From Takakia lepidozioides (Eukaryota; Plantae; Bryophyta): a stretch of 64,000 nt of DNA. Shown here piece by piece: positions 36,897-50,200 of this stretch. The position numbers and the translations under genes are program-made. The stretch lies in the NCBI GenBank assembly GCA_030704615.1, contig CM060732.1, positions 24,552,001-24,616,000 on the forward strand. Direction: 5' to 3'. The notes under the pieces are model-generated. The model did no database searches. It was not told where the DNA came from and saw only the letters and a list, made by a program, of their open reading frames with translations. The first letter of the stretch is position 1, and every line of letters starts with the position of its first letter.

Positions 36897-38700
36897 TCCC
36901 GAAGGATATTGTCTCGGACCGCGATCCAAAGTTTACAAGTAAATTTTGGAGAACACTTTGGAAGAAAATGGGGACGTCGAGGCTCAAGATGAGCACGGCC
37001 TTCCGACCTACAACGGACGGCCAAACGGAAAGAGTGAATTCCGTGGTGAAACAGATCTTGCGAATTATGTGTTGACAGATCAGTCAGACTGGGTGGAGCA
37101 CTTGGATGCGGCAAAGTTCTGTTATAATAACACAAAACACTCCGCAACGGGAGTTTCCCCTTTCATATTGGTCTATGGAAAAGCACCTCTGGTGCCGACA
37201 AGTTAGGCCGCCCAGGACGGTGAGGAGCCGGCAGCAGCAGCGGTGCTGGAAGAAGACGAGCGTTTGTTGGAGCTCGTAAAGTACAACATTGCCAAAGCTA
37301 GGAAACGGTATGAACGACAGGCGAATCGGAAGCGGAGGGAAGTTAAGTTTGAGGCAGACCCGGAGGTCTGGTTGAACATCAAGAATTTTCAACTACCTCC
37401 GGAAGTGAGTCCAAAGTGCGTACCTCCGTATGCGGGGCCCTTTCGCATTCGGAAGGTTATGAATGATGATGTGTATGAATTGGAGCTGCCGGCAAATAGT
37501 AAGGTGCATCCGGTATTCCACGTTTCCCTTTTGAAGCCTTACTTCAAAGATGAAGCGCGTCCAAATGTTGTGTCCGCCACCTGTGCTGTTGGATCATGAA
37601 AATGAACCTGAGTACGAGGTGGAGGCAGAGCTTAAGTCGAGGAGGTTCAAGAATCGAGAAACGGAGTATCTCGTGAAATGGAAGGGCTATCATCAAGTGG
37701 AGGCAACTTGGGTGCGCGCCTCAGAAATGAGAAACGCATCTAAGGCGGTTGCAGCTTTCGAAGGGCAACCTCAAAAGCGGAAGAAGCGTTGATGGGGACA
37801 TCAACCTTGGATCGTGGGGGAGGAAATGCATGCTTAGTCCGGCTTAGCTAACTCAGGAATCCGATTGCAAAAACTTCTGTTGTACAAATTTTGTGTATTA
37901 ATGAAATGGTTTCCAAATGTTGTGCATCCTATTTTGTTTGGAATGGTGATGCATGGTATGGTTGGCTAGTGTGTAGAATGCATGATAGCTTACAAAAGTG
38001 GGAGAGGTAAATTGGATTAATCGTGTGTTTGCGCAGTGCCGAAATCGGGTGACTCCCATCCAAGGGGCAAGGAAACTTGTGCGTTCTTTGGGAGTACACG
38101 TGCTAGTGCGCATCTGGCGCATGCGCGTACTATAACTGCGCTACCGAGGGGGTTGCTTTGTAGTGCGGGTTAACGCGGAAGCTACGTGCTTCCGTTCACG
38201 TACTATAATCGTGTAGCCTCGGAACGAAGTCGTAGTGCGGCTTCGGCGTGTTCCCGTACCTCAGGCCAGCATTCCAAGGCGGACCCAATTGTAGTGATTG
38301 GGGCGCACGGTTGGTTCAAGGTTATCTTCCTAGTAAAAAAGGGTTCAAGGTGAACCCTTGCTCAAGGTGATGCCAAAAAGCGGCATCATGAGCGGTCGCA
38401 AGCAATGTTGTTGCAGTAAGGCGATTCGATCCTCGGGGATGATCGTTCTTTGGCCTTGAAGTGGGCCAAGAAGAGTGCACTGGGTGGAGCTTGAGAGGCT
38501 CCGCCCTTGGCCGGGACTTGGAGGAAGTCGGCTGAACTAGCTAGTGGAGAGTAGAGTCAAGTGGGGGTTTGGTTCTTCGTCATGGGACGCCATGGTACGG
38601 AAACAAACTCCTTGATGTGGGACGCCACAACTTGGATGTTAGTTTCTACAAATTGGACAAGTCGATGAGGACATCGACTCCCTGTTGGTAGGGGTGTGTG
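36897..38700 (+). mobile_element. Ty3/gypsy chromovirus, 3' half: integrase core, GPF, chromodomain, long 3' region, PPT; broken at the LTR start
   Basis: [17 protein letters not shown]; [16 protein letters not shown]; GPFRI..HPVFHVSLLKP; EYEVEAEL..YLVKWKGY..TW. It ends ggggtgtg-tg at 38700. Confidence 0.92.
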
Positions 38701-39336
38701 CTTAACTTCCTTCCGCTTTCTGATTCGCCTGCCGTTCATACCGTTTCCTAGCTTTGGCAATGTTGTACTTTGCGAGCTCCAACAAACGTTTGTCTTCTTC
38801 CAGCACCGTTGCTGCTGCCGGCTCCTCACCGTCCTGGGCGGCCCAACTTGTCGGCACCAGAGGTGCTTTTCCATAGACCAATATGACAGGGGAAACTCCC
38901 GTTGCGGAGTGTTTTGTGTATTATAACAGAACTTTGCCGCATCCAAGTGCTCCACCCAGTCTGACCACTCTGCTGACACATAATTCCGCAAGATCTGCTT
39001 CACCACGGAATTCACTCTTTCGGTTTGGCCGTCCGTTGTAGGTCGGAAGGCCGTGCTCATCTTGAGCCTCGACGTCCCCATTTTCTTCCAAAGTGTTCTC
39101 CAAAATTTACTTGTAAACTTTGGATCGCGGTCCAAGACAATATCCTTCGGGAATCCATGATGCTTGAAGACGTGGGCAAAGTAAAGTCGTCCCGTTTCCT
39201 GCGCCGTTGCCGTCTCCTTGGTAGGGATGAAATGGCCCATTTTACTGAACCTATCCACCACCACCATGATTGCATCGAATCCTTTTGACAGCGGCAAAGC
39301 AGTCATGAAATCCATCGAGACACTTTCCCGAGACCC
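38701..39336 (-). mobile_element. Integrase-core fragment of the same gypsy family (uninterrupted at the CACTA site)
   Basis: MDFMTALP..HHGFPKDIV..GQTERVN is near-identical to 19270-19455 plus 36897-37345. Confidence 0.9.
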
Positions 39337-42300
39337 AGGGATGCCTCGGCGTGAGCTTGGTCACGTGAGCGCAACTGCGCTCACGCCACGTCACCTTGCG
39401 CCAATGCCACGTCACGGGGCTCACTCCACGTCATCACACATGAAGGCCGCGTCACCACGCGCCCAGAAAGAACTGGAGTGTATTCCTGCGGATTGGCACC
39501 CTTTACCGCGGAAACAAGCTGGACGACATAATAAAAGGCATTGAATAAAGGATGGATGAATGTATAGTTGGATGATAAACATATGGATGAGTGTGAAAAA
39601 TGAATGTAGATAGATGAATGATGGATGGATAAGAGTAAAATGGATGAATGTATAATGGATGTTGAGCAATGACAAAAATTCATGACAGGAAGATGCATGA
39701 CCAAAACTTTTGACGAATATATGAAATGAGTGTGGAAGGTTTGTGGGGTGGATTAAAGAGTACAGAGGATGAATATACAATGGATGTTGAACAAAGGAAA
39801 ACATTCATGAATGGAGAACGCATGAATACACTATAGATGAATGCACAATGGATATGAGAAGAGTCAGGGAGGTTTGTGAGATGGATTCATACATATTGCA
39901 ATTTAAATGAAAGTTGATTCTGTGATTATTATTTGTTCTAAAGGAACAACTACAGTGGAGGAAGGGGATTCAACGTTTTCCAGATAGTATGAAAATGAAT
40001 ATTAAAAGAATATAGTTCAGTCTGACTCAGAGTCAGTGCTTCATCTACATCTAAGTCTAAGTATTTTAGAACACCGGATCCACGCTGGATACACCTACGG
40101 CTGGCCACTAAAAAGTCAGGGGATAGGGACTCGGCCGCGTGAAGTGCCATTGCTTCGGCATAAACAAGAAGCAGAAAATTGGAAAGGGGGCTGTCGAAAA
40201 CAGACTCGCCAGAAATGACTGTATCTCCTGAAGATCCACCGTTGCCTTTCCTGAAAGACAGCCTGAAAAAGTTATTACTGTAACTTTGACGTTATTGAGA
40301 AATTGAGTATGGCTCCCAAAGAGGGTTTAGCACTTACTCACATGAAAAGTCTTTGTCGACCTGCTTATCTTCGGGATCGTCATCATTTCGAATTTGAATC
40401 CGATCAGTCTATGTGCCTGAAGTGGAGCCAGACAAAAGGGGGAGGAGCACTGTGTTGTAGAGGTCAGAATCACCCTCCATGCCAAAAATGCTTCTTCCGC
40501 CTGCCTTGCATGCATGGTAAGTTGCTCCTGTACCAGACAAGAGGACATGAATAGTTTGGTGGGGGGGATTTAAGCAGATGAAACTGTTGAAGGAAAACCA
40601 ATTCGGAAGGGAAAGAACGAACCTGTGGACACAGAAAGATCGACCACCGGTGCAGAGTGGTGGCTGCATGACTCCAGCAATATTTGCATGAACACTGGGG
40701 ACTTTTTCTTTGCATCTCTCCAGGGAGTGCCATCTGGTCTCTTCAGAGTCTGACTGGACTGCATGAAGTTGTACAAAATGTCATCGACATGGGGCTCATA
40801 GGGGGGGTTGACGAAACAACCCTGGTCAGAAATCTCAAAGCTGCGGATGGAGGATGGTGTCTTGGAGGTGCGAATCCTGCGCAGGCAGATCGCCTCGAAC
40901 ATCCTCGTCTGCCAAAGATAGCGGGTTAGTGTGGTAAACACAATCTATAGTGGAAGTGTGTACATCGGCTATTCAGAACTCAGACACAAAAAAATCATTT
41001 TTATCATGAATCGGTGATGATCGGTGTCGATCATAACAGATTCTACTAGAGTGGAGCTACAGAGAACATTGAAACTCATCATGAAAGCACAAGCAGAAGG
41101 GAGACGACATTCCAGCTGACCAGGGAAACCCCCTTTCACAAGGTAGAGGCTGTTCACACAATTCCATGTGTGCAAAACTTCAAACCCTGAAGACTTGAGG
41201 TATGATGCCAATGCCCGACGACTATCATTGTCACATGACTGAAAAAGCAGAAGTGTCCCTGCATCAGAGAGGAAGTTATTACAGAACCCGAATGCCCAAC
41301 TCCAGTAGTTGTCCTCGAATTTGTTCCAGCCTGGCGTCTTGCCCTTTGGAAGAACTTCTGACACAACCTGGCCATCCGGGATGTCGAGAATGACAATGTC
41401 GGCCGCATATGTTTTCTGCACACCGCACACGAAGGTGGGACCTGTGCTCACCTGCAACAGATATGTTTTTTATAAGAACGATGGCAAGAATGTTTTCAAA
41501 GAACGAGACTGAAATACTGCCAATGAAACTTTCAGAGAAAAAAGAAAGAAACTGGAATTCTCACCAGATTGAAGAATGAGATTATATTGTCCCAGGTAGG
41601 CAAAGGCACCCCAGTGTATCCTCTCTTTCGACTCTGCATCATCGACAACCAACCCTCATTAACAATTTTCATCTCTCCTGCCGAATCAGAACGGGAAGGG
41701 TGTGGCTTGGCATTGAACACGCACTGAACAGTGCGGGTATATCTTCCAGCAGTAAAGTCCTGCCCACTGTCCATCTCCTTTTCTTTCTCCTTCCCCTTGT
41801 TCTTTTACTTTTCTTTGGACTTGTCTTTGTCCTTTGGCTTTGCTGGTGAGATGGCTATGACATCAACAACCTTGTCTTTTGGTTTGCGGCCCGCCTTCTT
41901 TCCCTTCTGCGGCGTTCCCTGAGCATTAGGCTCCTTGGCAGCCAATGTTGCTATGTTTTGTTGGTACTCTTCGTCAGTCAAAGGCGCCAGCATCTCAGCG
42001 TTATTGTTCAAGTATTTCATATGTTGTTCTTGAAAGGTCGTGTGCTCCGGTGGGCAGTCAAGGTACCACCCACAGTCTCTGAAGTGAGAAGAACTCCATC
42101 CCTTGAATATCCCTACAGTATACATGGTTGGATCGTTTGCAGGGTCCGACCACATGTCAAGATAGTCTGGAATTCCGCTCAGGTGATTTCCTTCCATAAG
42201 CACATATTTCGTGTACCTGAAAAAAAGGAGATAAATCCCAACCCACCAAAGCGCTCAGTGAGTAAGATGCAAGTAGAATAGAATGAAAAAAACATAGAAT

Positions 42301-42750
42301 GAAATGGCTCTGAGAACTGCTCCAAGGACCTTTCAGGACCACACGACTGCTCCAGATGTGAATGTCGTCAACGCCATTCAAAACATTCCATTCAATGATA
42401 CTGTAAATACACCCTAATCCACGTGAATGCAAACTATCGTTTTGGAATGACACAGACATAGAAGTGAATGTCGTCAACGACATTCACTTTGGATTTGTGA
42501 ATACACTCCTAATCAAGCCTAATTATTCCTCAAATGAAGCAAAATCAAAGGATGGAAATCATAAACTCGAGTAAGGAACCCTCCCGGAAAACTCAATGCA
42601 CATTCATAACGAACACATCAGTGAGGACCTCACAACAACATTGTATGTGAATGACGTCAACGCCATTCACAAAAATACCAACAAGGAACCAATTACTTAG
42701 CTCCCAATCCATGTAAATTCAAATTGTCGCTGGTGAATAATACAGACACA
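39337..42750 (-). mobile_element. Family-A MULE fragment (copy 4): putative terminus, subterminal ATGG repeats and 3' exons of the ParB-MTase gene
   Basis: 39872-42750 is a direct homolog of 27505-30375 (DIPDG ~41370, NPPY ~40800, VVDLSVSTG, palindromes at 42358, 42464 and 42647). Gypsy homology stops abruptly at 39336, before agggatgcctcggcgtgagc. Confidence 0.85.
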
Positions 42751-43685
42751 GATGTAGCGTAGGTACTGTTGTACATAACAGTTAACTATAGCAACTTTGG
42801 CTTGTCTATATTATAATTCTATAAGGATTTGGAACATATATTTCTGCTGCTTTTGATCTGCCATCTCATGTTTTGGCGAGTGGAAGGAAATGAAATGGAA
42901 CTTTATATCATCCGGAGAAAGCTCAAAGAGCTTCTTGGACAAATGAAAAGCAAAAAACAAGAAAGAATAATAGACGAAGAGAGAAGCCGGAAGGAGCAAA
43001 AGCAACTACTGCTGAAGGGATTGCCTACGTAGGGATCAAATTAGCTTCGTGCAGAAAAGTTGCCAAGCATTTCTGATCCTCATAATGGACTTCTGTGAGA
43101 GATTGGGTTTCAGGGAACAGAGTGAAATCTCCCACGGATCTCATAGTAAAGAGGGCAGTAAAAGAAGAAGTGTTCTTCAGTTTCGATACAACGATTGGGC
43201 CCGGTGCATGCATGCTGGGCATAGGCGGTCTTCTCGCTGCAAGTTTTCCCATCTACCAGTCTCTATCGTTAAATTGTGGGAGAAAGAAATGGGAGAAGGC
43301 GGAGAGGAGCTAATCGGTGTCCAATGTTTAGTAGGACTAGAAATGATCTAAGCAATTTTCCATTCATGAGTTTTCAGGCGCCATTTCTGAGACCTTGGCG
43401 ATGTATGCGCAAACATAAATATTGCAAAATTTTCTTCCTTTCGAAGTCCTGTTTGGTACGATCTCCTTGCTCTTCCTGCTTGTTGGACACTCCTCACTCT
43501 GACTGGTTTTGAAAATAATTGTTCATATGAAATAATATAGAGATAACTAGATATCGTCAAGTGGGAGGAGGGGGTTCTTTGCTGGAGGGGTGAGGGTGGT
43601 GATGGTGTATATACGTGACTATACTACGAGAGGCAGAGCATCAACCTTGCTGGTTCGATTGGAGAACTTCACAGCATCACCACCC

Positions 43686-43704
43686 GAGAGAGAGAGAGAG
43701 AGAG
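43686..43704. repeat. (GA)n microsatellite
   Basis: gagagagagagagagagaga tract. Confidence 0.9.
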
Positions 43705-44539
43705 ACCATTCAACACCAATGAGATCAGGTACACCTCATTGTTCATTGGTCACCATATTGAAGGTCATAAGATGAGCGTTATTGGACGTACAACAACTAA
43801 TCTATTTTGTTACGATCACGTGGTTCTCCTCTCGTTCTCCTTTCCCTCCTCCCTTCCCTTGAACGTTCCAACTCTTGCTCATACAGACTGAAAACCCCCC
43901 AAGTTGCAGTAATCCCAAGATACACAAATATACACTGGCACTAACCAACAACAATGCCCAGACAAGTTTTCTCCGCATCCCAAATTACCCAAATTAACCC
44001 GCGGGACAACAGCGACCAGTTCTTGTGTCAACAAATGCATTCCACAAGCATTCCATATATATCAGATCCTCTTTTTCTGCGAAACAAAAACATTACTGTC
44101 CAAATTTGTGGACGCTAATTCCCAACTCCCATATATTACTTCATTACGTTTTGACTACAACAGGAAACAAGTACGAATACCCGGACATAGCAAGTACGCA
44201 AATGCATGTACACACACAGCCGATCAGGCTGTTTGTGTTGGTGGTAGTATTAACGATGAAGCAGCGGGCAGGGTTGGGCCTTTGCAGTTCGCAGAAGGGC
44301 TGGAGAGCTCATAACACGCTTCACATTCCGAACTAACTTTGCTCAAGGAGAAACAGCAGGCAAATATTCAAATCCTGAATCAAGAGGCATCCCAAACTCC
44401 GGTATGATCCCACGATCATCTGCCTTTTGTTTTTTCTTCTTCTTTTCTTTTTCTCTAGAAGGGAATCGGGACTCCTCTGATTTTATTTTGTTAGTATTGT
44501 TTTTTTTTAAATGTTGATAAAGACGATCTGAGTGGTATC

Positions 44540-45350
44540 GGAATTACTGCAGTAAAGAAGGACCAAAATATATATTCTTTCCAGGGGGATCATCGAAATT
44601 ACAACTGAAATCCTGGTAAATTATGCAAACCATATACATACATGTAAAGTTCACAACTTAGCCAAATTGGCAAGCTCCTTCCACTAACCAATCATACACC
44701 AACCTTCTTGGCGCAGATCACTCTCCGTGTTTGAGAATTTCACACACATTCATCAGAGCTGGTTGGAGTGATGAAAGCATGCTCAGCTTGGGCTCAGTTC
44801 TGAAGATTTTGAACTCTGCGAATGAACAACTTTTGGATTCACCTCTTCCACTCTGGCACCAACTGCTGTGTAGAAGATCTGGGTGGGTTACAAGCCTTGG
44901 AGTATCTCCTGCAGCACTGCAAAGACACCCGGCCAGCGCCAATCTAATCCAGTCTTGAAGGGTGGGGCGCAAACTAAACCCCAACGATGCAATACTGCTA
45001 AATATTTTGTGGCAGGGCCGCTCAAATTGGCATTTGCCCCAACACATTTGGGCATATCTGGCGGGCTCCAAACCTGGGCCGCCAGATGTTTGAATCCCTT
45101 TCCTAACTACACATGTCTGCAACCCTCATTAATCCACCACTTTGCCATGCTCCCTATAGCCAAAGTACCTAGTGCCAGCGTAGCAAGGCAGGCCCAAACC
45201 TGCCAGAGCATCTCCTGCGGTGCAAGCCAAATTGCCCCGCCAAATGCACTAATATTGCCACAACACATACACCTCTTGGTCACCATCTGCCAAATTCGTG
45301 CTGGCATCTTCAGCCATCTGAGATTCAGTCATGCACAAATGGGTCACAGT
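44540..45350 (-). repeat. Dispersed inverted duplicate of ~55715-56260 (the 56 kb copy has an internal deletion)
   Basis: Both encode ..EFKI(F/Y)R(T/A)EPKLSMLSSLQPA(L/P)MNVCEILKHGE* and share downstream sequence. The upstream atgactgaatctcagatggctg block is also shared. Confidence 0.85.
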
Positions 45351-45449
45351 GAAGATAATTCATGTTGATTACATCAATGACCTTAGGACTCTGTGCACCG
45401 CTGATTCTTTACAGAAATTAAAACATCCCTAGTTGGAAGTGCACAATCG

Positions 45450-47280
45450 TTGACACTGTCACCCTGCAAGAACCAACCCCATCTTGGAAGTGGTGGAAGC
45501 ATGACATCCCGTACAGTAAATGCCCGCCCAACAATCTTTGAAATGAACTTACTGGCAGTGTGGCAGTAACCACACACGCAAAGGGTCTTGATGACGCGGA
45601 TAGGTGTCCCAGGGGGTGTGCAAATCAGACCAAAAGCAATGGCCAGTCTCTCACTCTGGTGGCAAAGAGAAATTTCCTTTGGCTCCTCCGCATCGTGCAA
45701 TACAAAGTGTTTGCAGGCACATACCCAGCCTCCTCCATCTGCCCAGACAGTCTCTTCAGCTCGGACTGAGTTTCCACCATTTGTGGATGCAACTCATCTT
45801 TTACTACAAATGAATGCACCCGGTTGTCCAACTCAATGCAGCTCCACCCTGCCTCCTTTCTAATGCCCACTGTTCTCCATTAATTTTCCGACTACTACTT
45901 TTTCCTCCACCCCACTGCAGCATAGATATTTGACAGGAGCACATAAGCTCCAACATGCCATGGACCCCCTCGAGGATGCGTTTTGCCGCACGTTCTGCTA
46001 TCTCAACAGCACCATAGACAGGTGCCAAGCAAGGCCCTCCACACCCCAATGTATGGTTTGACTGCCACTTTGTTGATCAAGTCCTCTGCCTCATCCAATC
46101 AACCTGCATGACCAAGAAGGTCGACCATGCAGCCATGATGCTCCACAGTAGCAGAGAGAGTGAGGCCATGACTTGACTAATGGAATGGAAGTACCAGAGG
46201 CCTTCATTCAATAGGCCCACATGGCTACATTCAGAGAGAAGAGATAGGAATGTGACACCGTTTGGTTTCGAGCCTTCCAGCTGCAGTTGTTGAAATAGTT
46301 GCACGGTCTCTGTACCACATCCATTCTCGGCACATCCTGTGATCATCACACTCCAGGAGACCACATTTCTTTCAACCATGTGGTCAAAAACTTGATGTGC
46401 CTCCCGCATTTGGCATATACATGTCCACAAGGGCCGTATCCAGAATGGTACCTGGCGCAATTCCAGCTTTGTTGATGTAGCATGAGTCTCTCTGCCCCTT
46501 TCAAGAGCTCCCAGGCTGGTGCACGCATTGAGAATAGAAACAAATGTGGCACTGTCGAGCGTCACTCCGTCATGGTGTATTACAAACAAAGGTGATCCTG
46601 TTGGGTCAGTCCTTTCTGTATTGTCCAACACTTGATGTGCATCCTTGATGCTACTGCATTTCGCATACATATCAACAAGGGTATTTTCCATAATGACATC
46701 TGGCACAATTCCACTTTTAATGATGTCAGCATGGACCTCTTTGCCCTGCCCTAGAGCTCGTAGGCTGGCACATGCATTGAGACAACAAATGAATGTCACC
46801 CTGTTGGGCTTTATCCGGTACCAATGCATTTGCTTTTACATCTCGAGAGCCTCCCTGCTGCATCCATGCTTGACATATCCCCAGATCATTATAGTCCAGG
46901 TTACAACATCACGTTCAGGAATTTTCTCAAACAGTTGGTGTGCATCCACCATGCTACCACACCTGGCATACATGTTGACAAGGGTGTTGAGTAGATAGAT
47001 GTTTGGCTTGCATCCACTTTGGATTATGTGTGTGTGCACTTGCTTTCCCTCTGCTTGGCATTTCCTGTTGATGCACTCCCGCAAGACACTTAAGTCTGCC
47101 GGAATGCCTCCTTGGTTCAAAATGTGCAGCATCTCATTGAGTTGTCCTGCCTTACATGGTGTCCTCCCATCCCCAAATGCACCAGTAGGATTCTGGTTCA
47201 GTGTCTCTTGCTTCTCTTCCAACAGCCGTGGTGATGATGGAGGCGCAACGCTGGCAGCCGGTTTGACGTCCAATCAGAGG
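45450..47280 (-). pseudogene. PLS-class PPR protein with E/E+/DYW domain (RNA-editing factor), frameshifted
   Basis: GKQVHTHIIQSG..NTLVNMYARCGS..RDVVTWT; PNGVTFLSLLSECSHVGL..EG; KEAGWSCIE..VHSFVV..HP; [40 protein letters not shown]. Many frameshifts; terminal DYW lost. Confidence 0.92.
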
Positions 47281-50200
47281 CTGTGCCTGATTCAACCACA
47301 CTCTTAGTTACAAACCTTTACAATCAATCTCCCCTACTATATCTAAAAGCTCCTAGAAAGATCTCTCCATGAGCGAAGGCTTCCTGAAATATACCAACAG
47401 GGTTTGAAGAGTACTACAGTCATCTACTTAAAAAATCAGCTGTACTTGAACTGGAAACCTAGAACTAGAAAAGTACCCAGTGTAGCCTTTGCATGGAGCT
47501 CGGCAGACAACAAACACAAGATTGTGCTTGACCTTGGATCATGGATGTTAGCTCTGCTATCACCGAGGGAGGATTTGACCCACTGTCAATCCAAAAGGCT
47601 TCCCGTGCGGGTTTCTGTCTGAAGTCCCGTGTGCTTGGACTTCACGTGTGGAAACCAAACCCGGCCAACTGAGCAGCCGAAGGTTGGACAAAAAGGCAAA
47701 GCTCTAAACATCTTCCAAAAAACTAGGAGGGTTTTAATGTGCAGGCTTTAAACCCGGGCTAAATTCCATTCACCCAAAACGTCGTCAAGCCAGCTTCATC
47801 ACATACTTCCCTTTCTCACGTTCTATAGACAATAGCCTCACCTTTACAAACCTGTTCTCCCAACACTCTAAATGATCTGAGAAGAACGCCCTTCTAGGCT
47901 CATTGCTTGAGCTGCATGCCAGAAATTCAAGAAAATGAAAACTCTGTAACCTTTAAATTGACTGAATCTCTGTTGAGGAGTCTTATTGTACTGTTCATAA
48001 CAGTTCTCCACTTTACTATAGTCTGTTCATCTCCTTCATGCATACAACAACTGGAGAAACATACCACAAATTACAGATGTTGCAGAAGATACTGAAGGCA
48101 CTTGTGGTGGCAAAGACCATCCTTCAAGCCAGGCTGGTTATGAATAATACTCACGTTCATCTACAGCCTGTGTCTGGCCAGACACTGTTCTTCCACAGTA
48201 ATCCGACATTCCACCAGGATCTAGACTGCCATTCCAAAACTTCACAAGGGCGCCGATGTTCACAGCAGAATCAAAACCAAAAGTCGGATATTCTTCCACC
48301 ATCCAAGTGAGCTGAACCTCATATCCTTGTAGCTAGCTCTGCTTTCCCCAGGATGGCTTGGCCAGCTCTCAATTGCAATCACCAACCTTGCAGTCTTTTG
48401 TTTTGAGTCTGGTGATCTTGAACTTTTCTGTGAAACGCACATGCGGGCAGCCGAGCAGATAGTCTTTAACCATAGCACAACCAGCACTGACAAGTATGGC
48501 TTCAAACAACCAGCCAAAACACTGAACAAACGAACATCAATGTTGTTCTACACTGATCCAATAATGAGAACCGCTACCCTGTGTGTGCTAGACTAACATC
48601 TTAAATGTCATTAATCAAGGCACTGAATTCATGGTCCAGTGATGCCCACACAGGAAAAAGCGCCAACTGGTAATAACATAGTAACATATATAGCCTCACC
48701 TTTCCAGACCTATTAACCCACCACTCTGCACAGGTGACAGGCATTCCTGCTGAAGACGTTGCCTGCTTGTTACTTGGTCTGCATGCAAACACCACTAACA
48801 CAAAGATCCTTATCAGGTCCTAATTGCTCAGTCTTGTGGATGCATACTAGTATATACTTCCAATAAACTCCATTCCTCCATTAATCTCTCATCTCTCTCA
48901 CACACAAACACAAACAAGCGGTGTGACAGGCAGTGAAATCACAGTCCCATCTCAAAAAATTCTCATGTAAGGGGCTAGAGCAGCACTGGTGGAATTGAGC
49001 TTATGTTTTGTAGGTTGTGTGCGTTTCCAGCTGGTTCCCATACTCGGGCTCTCCAGAATTAGCTCCTGCAGGGTTGATAATCAGAGGGGACTCAACCCAA
49101 GAGGGTGTGTTGTAGCTGATATCCACCCCTAGTGGTCATCAAGGACTGACAACACCAAGCTCCCACCCCCTGTACTTCGAGGCAGGAAACAAAAGCTTTT
49201 AGTCAGCCCTGTCACCATGAGAAAAAACCTGGTGGGTATTTCCAAAAGAGTTTTGACCACAAGCAAGCCACATGGAGAATACCTCTCTATCTCTACAAGA
49301 AGTTTCAGATCTATTTCAGGAAATACTGCAGTAGCAATGGAAGGTGGTCAGGGGTGCATGCAGCACTTCCGTTCCTCTATAGCCCCCATAAAGTGCAAAA
49401 CGCTTGTAGTTCTGGTGGTATGGATCTATCCTACGCTGATGTTAGACCACACAGCTAGGGAACTAACAATCATTTTCAAGAAATCACATCCAAACAGGAT
49501 CGTAACAGACTCATTAGAAGGGAACTTATGGAACTACCTGTCAGGAGAACTTGGAAGAGTCTGTACCTTTCTTTAGATTCCCTGCAGGCTGGAGCAGCGA
49601 CATAGTCGACTCTTGCAAGGGTCGGGGGCTGGCATTCCCACCTATTTCAGCTCCGCCTCGTTGGATAACATGCTGCATGCTATGAGGCCTCCCGTCCATC
49701 CACCACAAATAGAAGACAGGTCCTTGGGAACGGACTATCCCTGCAAGCGTAGGAGGGCGGTGGTGCACCCTGCCATCCTTCTGCCCGAGAGAGGCTAAGC
49801 AACATAAAAAACAATGCACAGTGAGGGCACCGTCCTGTACCCTGGGATGATACCCTAGACCCTGCGCCCACACAGAGAGAGAATGTACTCATATGAGGTT
49901 GTTTGACTTAGCCTTGTGGCCATTGCCCCCGCGCCCAGTTTAAGCGGAACACAAAGGGACAGAAACTACCTTTGTCAGGGGCTGACAGCGGTAGTATGAC
50001 TTACCTTGAAACTGACAATTGATCCGAGTATTCCAGATATCCTCTAGAAATCCCTTCACACAAACATCAATCTGCTGTGGGTGAGAAAAAAAAATTACTT
50101 AGCAAACCAAACTCAAATAGATTACACCTTTTTCAAAGGGGAGGGACGCCCAGCCACAAGATGTGGCTGGGAAATCTAGTGCAGCTATAGCAACAATTTG

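Noticed and set aside
42760-43560. Short ORFs at the TE/gene boundary
   Set aside because: They have no recognisable motifs and the frames are interrupted by stops.
48966-49217. Solo LTR (TGTAAGGGGCT..AGCCCTGTCA)
   Set aside because: The inverted ends are imperfect, and I found no target-site duplication or second copy in the window.
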